DNA from: Felis catus
Lineage: Eukaryota
Length of the DNA: 64,000 nucleotides
Assembly (NCBI RefSeq): GCF_018350175.1
Contig: NC_058368.1
Span: 74,340,001 to 74,404,000, forward strand
Direction: 5' to 3'
In this document: positions 13,613 through 26,152 of the stretch, in pieces
Position numbering within the stretch: position 1 is the stretch's first letter
Layout of the letters: every line of letters starts with the position of its first letter
Translations under genes and position numbers: made by a program
Notes under the pieces: generated by a model
Database searches by the model: none
What the model was told of the DNA's origin: nothing
The model's input: the letters and a program-made list of their open reading frames with translations, nothing else

Positions 13613-14133
13613 AAGATTTCCCATGATGTGTTAGCCACAAAACATCCTTGTAGAAAGACTGGAGAACATTTCATGTCTTCGGTTCTGCCTAAGACTTACT
13701 TGAAGAACATTTTTTCTTATTGCCATATCCCTGAGAATCAACACCGTACCGGCCATAGGAGAATAACCCTTTCCATGTATAAAGAACTTTCCCACGTAGG
13801 AAGAGCTTTGACGACTGCAGAAAATGTTTACATGTCAAATCTCATCTTTCTGTGGCAAAAATACCCTCTGCAGTATACGGGGGAGAGACTTCTAAACGGT
13901 GAAGTGCAGAAGTGTTCCAGAGTGTTCCTTGTGGAAGCTGGAGACCTCAGAAAGCAGTGCTCGGACAATTAATTCAGTTCTCCCTCAGCCCATCTTTGCG
14001 CTGTTGTGAAGTCTGGACGTCATGAGGACAAAAATCTTCTTGTTTTTAAAAAGGTAATTATTTGGGACACCTTCCCAGGCAGTTTAGGCCGGTCTGAATC
14101 TGAACAGAAAATATTACATTTCTTAGTAGTCAC

Positions 14134-14305
14134 CTGAACTCTGGGCGGCGAGGTGTCTGTGGGGTGGGTTGGCCTGAGGCTGTGCTCTGTGCCTTTCAAT
14201 GTCGTTCTTCTCCACGAGGAAGCCCTTACTTCGCAGTATTTCAAATATGTGAGGTGAAGAATGAGTTTAATTTTTGAAATTCCGGTATATCGTAGCTCCA
14301 TACTT
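14134..14305 (-). other. Candidate internal exon (5'UTR or lncRNA)
   Basis: Minus strand: pyrimidine-rich ...ggattttgtag|AAGTATGG acceptor and GTTCAG|gtgact donor; non-repetitive sequence with several CpGs. Confidence 0.35.
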
Positions 14306-14444
14306 CTACAAAATCCAATTAAACCAAATTACTCAAGTGAGAAAAGGGGAAAAAGCACCCAAAACACAAATCCACATTAGTTAGTAGTAGTATTATATTA
14401 ACCATACATAAAGTTCTTAAAACTAGTTTAAAACTCAAAATGCT

Positions 14445-14663
14445 GGGGTGTCTGGGTGGCTCAGTCGGTTTAGCATCTGACTCTTGGTTTCGGCTCAGGT
14501 CAGGATCTCACTGTTCATGGGTTGGGGCCCCCTGCATGGGGCTCTGCTCTGACAGCATAGAGCCTGCTTGGGATTCTCTCTCTGTCTCTCTGTCTCTCTC
14601 TCTCTGTCCCTCCCCTGTTCTCTCTCTCTCACTCTCTCAAAAATAAACATTAAAAAAAAAAAA
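14445..14663 (+). mobile_element. Can-SINE
   Basis: Full-length; TSD tcaaaatgct. Confidence 0.93.
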
Positions 14664-14684
14664 CCTTTCAAAATGCTTACTCAC

Positions 14685-14983
14685 CCTGTGTAATTTATTT
14701 CCCCACGGACCCAAAGGGAAATAGTAGAGTCCAGGCCACCCCTTGGGGAGAACTGCTTGGAGTTCAGGGCATGTCGAGGGTATTTAAAGCTTTCAGAGAA
14801 GATGCTTACAAGCCCCAAATTGCGTCGGGGAGGGAAACAGCCCTGGCTATTACCTCACGAGTCTCCGCAACAGAGATATTTGCCGTCCTGTCTGCACATC
14901 ACCCCTGTCTCTTCCAGCACTGTTGTTTTCTACTTTGAACTTGTAAGACTGTATCCTCCTTTTCCTCTTCCTGTTTCTGAAAG
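14685..14983. promoter_or_regulatory. Candidate (possibly bidirectional) promoter with TATA-like motif and flanking splice donors
   Basis: TATTTAAA at 14781-14788; minus-strand donor AGG|GTGAGT at 14685/14684; plus-strand donor AAG|GTAAGC at 14983/14984. Confidence 0.35.
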
Positions 14984-15242
14984 GTAAGCCCTTCAAAAGC
15001 TCTGTGTCTAACTTACCCACATACCCTTCACTACCCGGCCCAGCACCTTGCCTATAAGGAGATCCAGAAAATATTCCGACTCAGCGCCCATACCTGTCTT
15101 CATAAATATAACAAAACTATGCAAAGCAGATTATCATCTTCACCAAGTTACTGATGATCAAATACAGCTAGCCTTTCCTTCAAGTGCGAAAGGTTTAGAT
15201 CCTGCTAGAGATAAAATAATCAGTTGGAAGCCTGGGTACAAA

Positions 15243-15677
15243 CTATAGGTTGAATCATGTCCCCGCCCCCCCCCCAAAAAAAAGATGTTGAAATTCTAGC
15301 AAGTAGACCTATGAATATAACCGTATATGGAAGTGGGGTCTTTGCAGATTAGTGATTAGTTACGGTGAGGTCGTTTGGGAGGGGGGGGGGGGGTTGGTCC
15401 TAGTGCACTATGTCTGGTATAGGAAGGGATGACACAGAAGACGGAGCCTGAATAATGACAGAGGCAGAGATTGGAGTCATGCAGTCACAGCCGAAAACCA
15501 CCAGGACCTACCAGAAGCTGCAAAGGGTGAGGGAGGATGTCAGAAGAGGGTTTTGAGGGACCATGGCCCCACTGACACTTTAATTTTGAGCTTCTGGCTT
15601 TCAGAACTACCAGAGACTAAATGCTTTAAGCCACCTCGTCTGTGCTACTTTGTTACAACAGCCTAGGAGATAAACAC
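15243..15677 (+). mobile_element. MLT1 (MaLR) solo LTR, MLT1B/C-like
   Basis: ggtctttgcagat, gaggcagagattggag and ctttaagccac...ctttgttacaacagcctaggaga motifs. Confidence 0.8.
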
Positions 15678-16880
15678 ACCAGGGAAATCTGAAAAAAAAA
15701 AAAAAAAAAAGGAAGGGTAGATTCCACCTCGAATTATCTCAAAGCCTGGACAAAAGGCAGAGAACCTTAGGAATTCAGATCCTGGGCTGAGGCTGAGGAA
15801 CAGGACATCGCTGATGTATGGTTACAAAGAAGGAGATGAGCACAACCTATCGAGCAAGCATCAGTTTTAGAATCCAAACAAACTGGCTTAGACCCAGAGA
15901 AAAAAATAGCAGGTAAAGAGGTGGCTTTGCTTCCAGTGCCTGGTGCAACACAGGTACCTTCCCAGACACCTGAAGGAGAGGCGTGATGTCTGATAAATAT
16001 TACTTCAGACGTGCCGATGCGTCCATGCTATTTGAATTCTTTTCGCTGAACATCCCTCATTATTTCCCGGAGGAATAAGAACACATTTGTAAAGAGCCAC
16101 TGATTGTGAGCCCTTCTAATCTCACTGTAATTTCTCTCTGCTGATTTGTTGTTCATGGTATTCTAAAGAAAGCAAGGGAAAAACAGTCATTTTAAATGCT
16201 TATCAAAATAACACTCAATTATGAAATTGTATTCAAAGAGCACGTAAATAACTTGAAATCTGAAGACATATAGATTCATCCTGTATTGATTCGAACAGTT
16301 TAAAAGCTTGGTAGGTGTGTATTAGCAAAAATGCATTAAGCCCAGAAGAATGCAAAATGTGTAGAATCAAACATGTGAGACCATTAGTGTATGCCCATTA
16401 AGTGCAATATAACACATAAAATTTATGGAATTAAATACATGAAGCCAGTATCACATGGATATTAATTCTCAATTCTAGATTTAGGTAACCATAACTTGCT
16501 AAAGAAAAGGGTCCTTGATTCATAGTAAAAACTGGAGGAAATATGAAGAAAGACTCAAGTAGAAATAAGAACAGATAGAGGTGGATGAACAGACTTAAAA
16601 CCAAGTAATAAAACAAAAGCAATCTATTAAAATATCAACTGCCCTTTAAAGTGAAAAAGGGAATCTTAAAATTGAACTCAAGAGCATAACTTTTAGATGC
16701 TATTATACTGTAAAAGAAAAAGCAGTTATCTGCAATATTTTAAAGGTCAAGGATATCTTCAGAAATAGATGAGTGGGGAGGAGAGTTGCAAGGTGCCTGT
16801 GTGCCTGGGAAAAGGTGTCACCCAGCTTGGCTCTGATGACTGATAAGGAGCCAGGCTGCAGTGGCTGTGAACAGCCAGGA

Positions 16881-16934
16881 ATGTGATCACTGGCGGTCCC
16901 GTCCACAATGTGATCACTGGAGGTCCCGTCCACA
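16881..16934. repeat. Tandem duplication, 2 x 27 bp
   Basis: atgtgatcactgg(c/a)ggtcccgtccaca twice, one mismatch. Confidence 0.95.
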
Positions 16935-17254
16935 TTTGCAGCAACACTCCTGTGTATATAAGTCAACAAAGTAGAAGACCGAGCGGTTCTTGGAAAGCGT
17001 TGCTGGGCTGCAAAAGTCCGGTGAATCTAATAACAAATTGACCTGCTAAATAAGGACACGCTTCTGTAATGAAACTCAAAAGTCAAACATAGGCATTTAA
17101 TCATGTGATTTCTTACCCCTCGTTAGAAAGCATTCCAATTAAAAAAAAAATCAATAACTCCAGCATATTCTGTAAATAGGAGAAAATGATCAACAAAGAC
17201 GTGGTAGCTAACCAAAGCAAATGAAACAAGGGAGACTCTAGCCCATTTGATGTT

Positions 17255-17450
17255 TGCCGTGTGGTGGACAGTCCTCTAAATGTGCTATATGTACCATTAT
17301 TAATTCACTTTATCTTTGAAATACCTCAGAGGGTAGGCACCACTTTAGAAACCACGAAACTAAGGCACAGATGGGTTAGCTTACTTGCCCAAGGCCTCAC
17401 AGCTGGTAAGAGTTGGAGGTGGGGTACAAATCAAGACCCTCTCTCTTTAA
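17255..17450 (-). mobile_element. MIR
   Basis: gaaactaaggcacagatgggttagcttacttgcccaaggcctcacagctggtaag is the antisense MIR core. Confidence 0.8.
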
Positions 17451-18849
17451 GGTCAGTGGCCACTCCTTGTCATTAAATAATAATGATACTTTACTACTTG
17501 CATCATTTTGGTTGTAGGCTTTCTGAAGCTGTGCTACCTTTACACAGTGTTTCAACTTGCTTCTCCGAGGGTTTTGTTTCTATAGAAAGTGTTTATTTTG
17601 TTTCTCCACCCATTCTGTTTGTATGGAAAGAGTTTCAACTTGCTACTCATAGAGATGTTTTTCAAGACTCCTTTGCAATTTCAGTGAAATAAACATAGAA
17701 GCGGAAAGTACATGTCCCTATATAACATGAAATGAACTGAGAAGTGTGTAAATCTATTAGCAGATGTAATATTAAGGTCCTTTATCCTTTTATGTTTCAT
17801 GGAAGTTTTTTTTTTTTTGTTCGTTGTTTTCTTCTTCTTTTCCTATTTCAATGCAGAACAACAGTCTACCTCTGGGTAACACTGTATGTGTATATGCAAT
17901 GCAATAATACTGATTTCCATGACTCATAAACTAGCTTCAAAATCATACTCCATAGTGGAATTGCAAAAATGTTCTGTTCAATAACAATATGCTAGAATAA
18001 GTCTATAAGTTCCTAGTGTGACAATGCTTATTTCATAAGCAAATTGGGATTAGGCTTGTCTCGGTATTAGATTCATTATTTATAGCACAGACCAAGTGCC
18101 CTTTTCATTATTAGCTTGTATGTATTAAAACTACAACTAGAACGAAGCCAAGATAAGTCCTCTATATGTAGAAACATTGATTTTGGAGGTAATTGCTTTT
18201 AGCAGACACTTCAGCTGGAATTCATTGATAAAACAGAGGCAAATGGGAGTTAAAACATCAGATCCAAGGCACAACGTATGTCTCATGCACCTTTTGTTTT
18301 TTACATACTCTTTCCTAGTTTACTGAGTTAAAAAAAAATGAAGATCATCTACTTTTAACGTGAAGAAACTTGCATAATAGCCTCATGAAAACTGATTAGT
18401 AAATATATTTGTACAACTGCGAAAGATTTTGAAGCTGGTTCAAAATTACAATGGGGTGTACCGAATACATTCAGTTCTGAACCCAGTATACCTAGTTAAC
18501 TCATCATTACCAATTTTCAAATGGAAACATAACTAGGATTCAATTCAATTAGTTGGCTGAAGCTAAATCTAGTGGGTTAATCACACACACTTAACAGTGT
18601 TCGCTACTTATAACCAACTAGGACTGCTATTGCTTCTTGGCCGATCATTGCTTATAGGCTTTACCCTAGGCAGAACGAGGAAAGATTTTAGGGAAATACG
18701 CAAAATGCTTTCACATTGCAATTCCTAGTTCAAAGTTAAAACTGTAGAATTTTTACTTCTTTGAGTTTACATTTGGGCCACTGTTTGTTCTACTGAGAAT
18801 GTTAACTACACAGTTGTTTGCTTTATCATCTACGTACCTATCATCTTTG

Positions 18850-19076
18850 TTTTTTTTTTTAATTTTTTAATTTATTTTTTAAATTTATTTATTGTTTCCT
18901 TGACATCCAAGTTAGTAAGCATATGGTGCCACAATCATTTCAGTAGATTCCTTGATGCCCCTTACCCATTTAGCCCATCCCCTCTCCCACACCCCCTCCA
19001 GCAGCCCTCTGTTTGTTCTCTATATTTGAGTCTTTTATGCTTTGTCCCCCTCCCTGTTTTTATATTATTTTTGTTC
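18850..19076 (-). mobile_element. Heavily 5'-truncated carnivore L1 (3'UTR plus poly-A)
   Basis: Poly-T followed by antisense L1 3'UTR; TSD cct(a/g)tcatctttg. Confidence 0.8.
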
Positions 19077-20099
19077 CCTGTCATCTTTGATCACGTGTCT
19101 ATGTGTCACCTCAATTGCATTATAAGATATCAATAGTGAAAGCGCTTACGATTTCTTGGGATTCATTGTCGTTCTCGGGACACATCTCACCAGATGTATA
19201 TAGTTGAATTACTGTGTTTGGAAATCATTTACTTGGATTAGGCCACCGATGCAAGAAAGAGCCAAAACTATTTTATTTTGCCTTTGACACTTAAGGATCA
19301 TCTTTAAAAACCGATTTAATTTTGTTGCCTAGTTATGTAAAACGTGTGCATGCTTCTAAAGGCAAAACTACAAATACACCATCTTCAGAGAGGTCAGACT
19401 TTCCACCCTGGTGCCCTCTTTTCCTTCTGCGTAACGATTTTTAATTTAATTTAATTTAACTTAATTTAATTATTTATTTATTTATTTATTTCCTTTGTGG
19501 GGGCGGTGTGAGGCATGAGGACAAAGGTTGCGTGTCCTTGAATTTTTTTGTGTTTGTTTTGTTTTCTTTTGTCTTCCAGGATTCTAAATTTTTCCTTCTG
19601 GCTCAGAGTTCTCCCTCAATATTCCATTTGCACCAGGCTTCTCTCCCTTTCCTCATCCTGCCTTCTGCCAGCTCAGAGCACTGTCTTTTGGAGACCACCC
19701 ACATTGTCGATCTGCCCTCCTGCTCTTGTACAGCCAATGCCTAGGTCACCCGAGGATCCTTCCCAATATTTCTATGCTTAGGGGGGACTTTCTGTGACGA
19801 TTTAACCTAATCCCTTCTTCGCTATTCCATGAAATTTTTCTGAAAGGCTCCAGTACTCTACACAATGTTAGAGGAGGAGCGTGAGAGACAGCGTTCTGGA
19901 AACGGAAATTTGTATGTTCACTGTCTTCCTGCTAAAGAATTTGTAAGGTTTTTGTTGGTTCTTGTTCTTTACAGTTCATTGAAGGAAACACAGAGAAATA
20001 TGTATTTAAGCAAGTGTCATTAATTTGATTATCTATCAATCATTTTTAAAATGTAAGTACTTTCTTAGATAAAATTATCGCGGACATAGTTTTCCACTT

Positions 20100-20560
20100 T
20101 GTTTTTTTTTTTTTTTTTTTCATTTAACAATTGATAATTATCTTGAAGGAAATTTCATAGGACTATAACAAGATTTTTCTCATTCTCTTTACAGTGACAT
20201 TGTATTCCATTTCATGCATGTAGCGTAGTTTACTCAACATGTCAAGGACAGTTGGGTAGTTTCCAGTCTCACTATTACAAAGAGTTGTTTCAAGAAGATC
20301 TTGCATATTTTGGACAGTATATCCTTGAGATAAGACGCCTAAAAGTGGTGACGCTGGGCCAAAAAGCAATTTAATTTTGCTAGATATTGTGAAATACCCC
20401 TCTCATGGTGGCTCACTCTCGTCCATTCTCCCGGGAGCCTATGACAGTATGATTTCCCCATAGCCTGGCCAACCAGGCACGTTATCTCCATGAAACAGCT
20501 ACTTTTTGTTTCACCTCCATTCATTTGAAAGGCACAATAATCACTGTTCTATAATTGCAT
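20100..20560 (-). mobile_element. Old L1 (L1ME-like) 3' fragment
   Basis: Minus ORF remnant with PASPLLG and MEYNVTVKR resembles the ORF2 C-terminus. Confidence 0.6.
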
Positions 20561-21439
20561 AAATTCACATACGCCACTGGCCTTTAGAGCTTAAGAGATG
20601 CCTTGCCTCAGTTTCATTCTTATCAAACACAAGGGAAATTCTACTCACTGCGTCTTTCATGAATCTTCTTACTGACTCTTACGAATTGTGTAACTAATAG
20701 ATTGGCATTTTCGGGGTTTGATTCCTAGGATGAATTTTCAGCAATAATTTTGCGGTTGTCTTGAGGCCACTGGAAACATTTTCCTCTGATTTGACTGCCA
20801 ATTGCTATGCATACTTCCCCAAGGCATGACCAGAACATCCAGAACAGGAACGCATGTATCGCCAAGAGGATAAGAGGGGAAGATGTTTATTCATTTATTT
20901 CTTCCTTCCTTTAATACATGCTAATTGAGAGCCTCCAGCGATGAGTAAGGTGCTTAGAGTTTAGGGGGAAGTAGATAGCGGCAAACAGGGAATTGACTGT
21001 TGAATGAGTACATTTGAAGGCCCTTGTAAATTCAGGGAGCAGGGATCTCTCCAGACACCCATATGGCTACCTGGCAGGGGAGTAAGTTTGTGCAGCCTGG
21101 CTCTCGTGTACTAGGTAGAGCAAGAAGACCAGTGTACTGGAAAGGTGTTTGAACAAGGGGAAGAGTAGAGAAGTGCTCAGAGGTAATGAGGGCCTACTCG
21201 TCTAAAATTGCGCTTTGCGTCCCTTTCAGAGGAGCTAAAGTCTATAAAAAGAAGCTCGGCGCGATTAGCAGCAAAAACCCTTATAAAATCTTAAATGGCT
21301 AATAAATCATGGGCAATGAAAAGAAGACAGAGCACCAGAATATCTGGGTTCAGAGAGAAAATTCACCTCTTTCCTTAGTATCCACCCTGAGTATTACCTC
21401 TGCCCACCAGAAGGACCTTTGCTTTCTACTTTTTCTATT

Positions 21440-21664
21440 TTTTTTTAAATTAATATTTATTTTTTAGGAGATATGGACAGAGTGTGAGCAGGGAGGAGGG
21501 GCAGAGAGAGAGAGAGAAGGAGACGCAGAATCTGAAACAGGCTCCAGGCTCTGAGCTGTCAGGACAGAGCTTCCTGTGAGGCTCCAACTCATGAACCATG
21601 AGATCATGACCTGAGCTGAAATCAAGTGTCAGAAGCTTAACTGACTGAGCCACCCAGGAACCCC
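21440..21664 (-). mobile_element. Can-SINE
   Basis: Antisense full-length body. Confidence 0.92.
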
Positions 21665-21870
21665 TCTGTCTATTTCTGTCTATTCTTGCGCCTTCCTGTC
21701 TTGTCATCCCTCCAAATTGTATTCCCTGTTTGTCTTTCTCTTACTAAAATGCTTTTCCAAAATCTTGTTGGTAGCATACATATTCAGCAATCGATTCAAC
21801 TTTGCATCTCCATTTCCTAAAGCTTGCGAATCTGGTAGAGAAAGAGAAGGAGGGACAACAAGATCAAGAT

Positions 21871-21873
<3 letters not shown>

Positions 21874-21905
<32 letters not shown>
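21874..21905. repeat. (GA)n microsatellite
   Basis: Perfect GA run. Confidence 0.95.
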
Positions 21906-21908
<3 letters not shown>

Positions 21909-22856
21909 AGGGAACTTTCCTTTACTTAAGTGCTACAAAGTAGTAAATATACATCACATAGCAGAATACTGATAAATTTGTTTTAGGGGAGACTTCAAAT
22001 AGATACATTTATGTTGACAGAAACATAAAGCCACCTAATCAGAAGAAGGGTGTCTACTTTAGAGTCTCTAAAGTATTTTAGAGAATAAACACACTAAAAT
22101 TTTATATGCTTGTAAAAATACAGTACATAAAATTAGTTAGCAACCATTCGTAGTTTCAGAACCTTTTCCAAAGAGATGACACAACATCTGCTACATATTT
22201 ATGCACAGATCTAAAGTCTTTCAATGCCCTTAGTCTTTGAGCGGCTGCCTGGCAAATAAGATGGACTCTTTGGGTATAGATTTAAGCCCCCGAGAAAGAA
22301 ACAAGCAATTGGTTAGGACAGCTAATAGAGGAGATGTTCAATGGGTGTTAAATAAGTGAGTGAGAGGGCTTCCTACCAAGCTTTGCTGTATATGCTCAGC
22401 TAGGCTTTCACTCTTGCCCAGCTCTCCTGTTAGGCACATCCTTATTACCTGATTACTTTCTTCACAAAAGCTACTCTCACACATTTTAGCCTTTCTAAGC
22501 AACAGACGCAAACCTATTTCCTTGGCTTCAGCAGATCGCTCTTTGCCCTGTTACAGATTAAGACCATCTGCACTGGGCCTGGCCCTACAATCATGACCAG
22601 TAACCGCTCAAACACTCCATTCTTTGCACTAAAATTGTAAGAAGCTGTCCCTTTCTGTTTTCCTTGTGACACCTCATACATAAGGTCTCGTATTGTGGCA
22701 GTGGGTGATCGTATCTTGTACTTTTCGTGGATTCATTAAATTAGCAAATATGTATGTAATGTTCAATGTGTTTCAAGAAGACTTACTGGTGCTACATTAC
22801 AAAGAAGGGAGACATGTAAGGTCATTTCCTTCACAGAGTTTATGTTCCAAAGGGGA

Positions 22857-23570
22857 TCACGCCAGTCAGAGTGGCCAAGAGGAACAAATCAGGAGACTCT
22901 AGATGCTGGCGAGGGTGTGGAGAAACGGGAACCCTCTTGCACTGTTGGTGGGAATGCAAACTGGTGCGGCCGCTCTGGAAAACAGTGTGGAGGTTCCTCA
23001 AAAAATTAAAAATAGATCTACCTTATGACCCAGCAGTAGCACTGCTGGGAATTTACCCAAGGGATTCAGGAGTGCTGATGCATAGGGGCACTTGTACCCC
23101 AATGTTTACAGCAGCACTCTCAACAATAGCCAAATTATGGAAAGAGTCAAAATGTCCATCAACTGATGAATGGATAAAGAAATTGTGGTTTAGATACACA
23201 ATGGAATACTGTGTGGCAATGAGAAAGAATGAAATATGGCCTTTTGCAGCAACATGGATGGAAGTGGAGGGTATTATGCTAAGTGAAATAAGTCAGGCAG
23301 AGAAAGACAGATCCATATCTTTTCACTCCTATGTGGATCCTGAAAAACTTAACAGAAAACCATGGGGGAGGGGAAGGGGGAAAATTAGAGAGGGAGGGAG
23401 GCAAACCATAAGAGACTCGTAAAAACTGAGAATAAACTGAGGGTTGATGGGGGTGGGAGGGAGGGGAAGGTGGGTGATGGGCATTGAGGAGGGCACTTGT
23501 TGGGATGAGCACTGGGTGTTGTATGGAAACCAGTCTGACAATACATTTCATATGAAAATAAAAATAAAAA
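22857..23570 (+). mobile_element. 5'-truncated felid L1 (ORF2 C-terminus, 3'UTR, tail)
   Basis: ORF 22871-23422 contains RCWRGC...[24 protein letters not shown] and WIKKLW...MEY ORF2 motifs; G-rich 3'UTR; A tail. Confidence 0.95.
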
Positions 23571-23982
23571 GAGAACTCTCCATTTGGAAGGGTGAGTTCT
23601 CTGTGTACCAGGAAGAGAAGGTGACCGTTCATCTCTAGAAACTCTTCATCAATGGAGAAAGCAAAGACTCAAATTTGAAGAACAACCTTACCGTCATTTA
23701 CTGTTCCTTTCTTGGTCGCCCCCACAACTTTTCCTCCCACAACTTGTCTCCTGGTCCATCCAACATCTTTTGTCTTTAGCTGGGGATGCTATTTAAAGTG
23801 ATGGCTTGGGCCATTTCAGGAAGTGATTCAATTTTCCTGGGTCCCTTTCATGTGCACAGAAGGTATACATGTTATTAAACTTTTAATTCTTTTTCTCTTG
23901 TTAATCTGTCTTCTGTTATAGAGGGATCTCATCTAAGAACTTTAGGAAGATAGAGAAAAAATTATTTATTTTTCCTCTTACA
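23571..23982 (+). mobile_element. MER34/MER39-like ERV1 LTR, 5' part apparently missing
   Basis: 3' terminus ...gttaatctgtctt...aagaactttaggaagatagagaaaaaatt...tttcctcttaca typical of the MER34 group; TATTTAAA and ATTAAA signals. Confidence 0.65.
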
Positions 23983-25457
23983 GCTTCCATGTTGTTGAAG
24001 TAGAAAGAATGTGAGCTTTTTCTTCAGGACTGCACTGCCTATCTTAGTGAAGTGGGAGACATTTGGATCTTGGTTAATCACTTACTAGATGACCCTGGGA
24101 AATTCCCTTAATGTATGTGGGCTCATAAAATAATAAAATAAAGGCAATAATTTTTATCTTAGTTTGTTAAAAGTCTCACATTTAAAGAAGAGCAGTTGAA
24201 ACACTGGCACATAATAGCTGCCCCATAATTATTTTGTGGGATACAAACAGAACTGTAATAGAGAAGAAAACCTAAGTTGTTTTGCTTTCCAAGCCAGACA
24301 TCCTTTCTCTCTGTATATATCTAGTGTAGATAAAAACTGCTCTACTTGGGAAATTCAGTATCTGATAAATTAACCAATATGAATGAATTTACAATCTATA
24401 AAATATTATAGAAACTAACCTTTGGAGAGTTAGAGAGAAGGGATACATGAAAAGATTGGTTTTCTTTACATAAAAGGTAATTTGATGAGCATCATACTAT
24501 GTATTTCTTGTCTTTATTTATTGAGTCATTTGTTCATTCATTTTTAATTTATTGATTCATTCTTTCAGGAGCATTTGTTAACATTTACTAGGGGCCAGGG
24601 TTTACACATATGCCCTATTCATAACCAAATATTTTGATATTTTACCAATAATATAAATACTGCATCGTCTTGTTGATGGAGCAGAGTTTTAATTGGCTGT
24701 TTCTTCCAACTGTCATAATTTTTTTATGGCATGTTTTTGAAAAAGCTCCAACAGTGGAATTCAAATAGACTATCGTAAGTTCTAATGTTATTAAGGGAAC
24801 TCTGTTTGGTATTTAACTTCAGAATGTTGCTTTTGGAACACAATTCTGAATGAGGTATGATTTTCAAAAGACTTTACAAGATATGTATGAGAGATGCAAA
24901 AGACTAAATCAGTTTCTTATGTTATTTCTTAACGCTAGATACTCCTTCGCGGAGGTATAGCAGAGATGTGGCAATAAAATTTTAAGACGATAAGAAGGAG
25001 ATGATTCATATAGAAAATTGCTTTTGAGTTTATTTTAAAACGCTTTATGTAAACTTATTGAAAGTTTACTTATGGCTTAAATGAGTGGCACAGGAGTTTT
25101 TTGCACCACTTTTTAGAAACGAATAGTCATCACCACTAAGACTAGCTCCTTCAGAATGCATGGCTTCGTTCTTCTATTTTCAGGAGTCACGGAATTACAG
25201 GCACCTATAACACTTCTCTACGTTATTTGCCAATCCACTGCGGGATCCATTTTCAATACTTGATCATAGGATTAATGGGCTTGTGAAATTATGCCACGAA
25301 GAAAGGACACTGTTACTTGCTGCGAAGAATGAAGAAAAGGTAATAGGATGGTTGGCATAAAACGGCAGTGGCCAGTTGAAATTTGATCACACAGGTCCTC
25401 TGACACCCAGGATTTGTTATGTTTTGAAGCTAAGAATTTAAGGACAACGTAAATAAT

Positions 25458-25675
25458 TGACATTTAAAAAAAATCTTTTTAACATTTATTTTTGAGACAG
25501 AGACAGAGCATGAACAGGGGAGGGGCAGAGAGAGAGGGAGACACAGAATCTGAAACGGGCTCCAGGCTCTGAGCTGTCAGCACAGAGCCCGACGTGGGGC
25601 TCGAACCTATGGACCGTGAGATCATGACCTGAGCCGAAGTCAGACGCTTAACCGACCAAGCCACCCAGGTGCCCC
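25458..25675 (-). mobile_element. Can-SINE
   Basis: Antisense full-length; TSD ataa(t/c)tgacattt. Confidence 0.95.
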
Positions 25676-25751
25676 GATAACTGACATTTTAAAGAACGAA
25701 TGGACCACATGCTAATTTCAGAGGCCTATTGGCAGCTTTCCAACACAAAAC

Positions 25752-26152
25752 CGTAAGAAGCCAGATCAAGCCAGACAGACCCAAGATGGCGGGTGCCAGC
25801 ACAGGAAACCCCTGAACAAATAAGGAAGAAAAACTGGGAAACCAGCATCCTAGAAATCCCCACCCCAAGTCACGAATATTCCACTTCCCTGATAACAACT
25901 GACAATAGGAGACAGCAGCCCAAACCCTGGCGCTCCCAGCTGTGTCTCTCTCTTGAACTCACCTGCTCTCACATCTAGAGAGTGTACTTGTCCTTCACCA
26001 CACTTTCCTGCTGCTACTGCTCATCTGCGATGTGGAGTCTGTCCTTGAATTCTTTCTCCTGTGAGACCAAAAGCCTTTGGAAGTATCTTTAGGGACAGGT
26101 TGTGTGGGTGAAGGACTCAGGGCTCGGGATCTCTCCCGTTCATCCGGCAGCA
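25752..26152 (+). mobile_element. Probable ERV1-like solo LTR
   Basis: (c)gtaag...ccggcagca ends, imperfect 4-bp TSD aaac/aaat, LTR-like motifs (ccaagatggcg, gagagtgtact, cttgaattctttc...gtgagacca). Confidence 0.5.

Noticed and set aside
16881..16934. Possible CRISPR-like repeat
   Set aside because: Only two adjacent copies with no spacer, no cas genes, and a mammalian context
22871..23422. 183-aa ORF, and similarly the 156-aa ORF at 42201-42671
   Set aside because: These are C-terminal fragments of 5'-truncated LINE-1 ORF2, not host genes or autonomous elements
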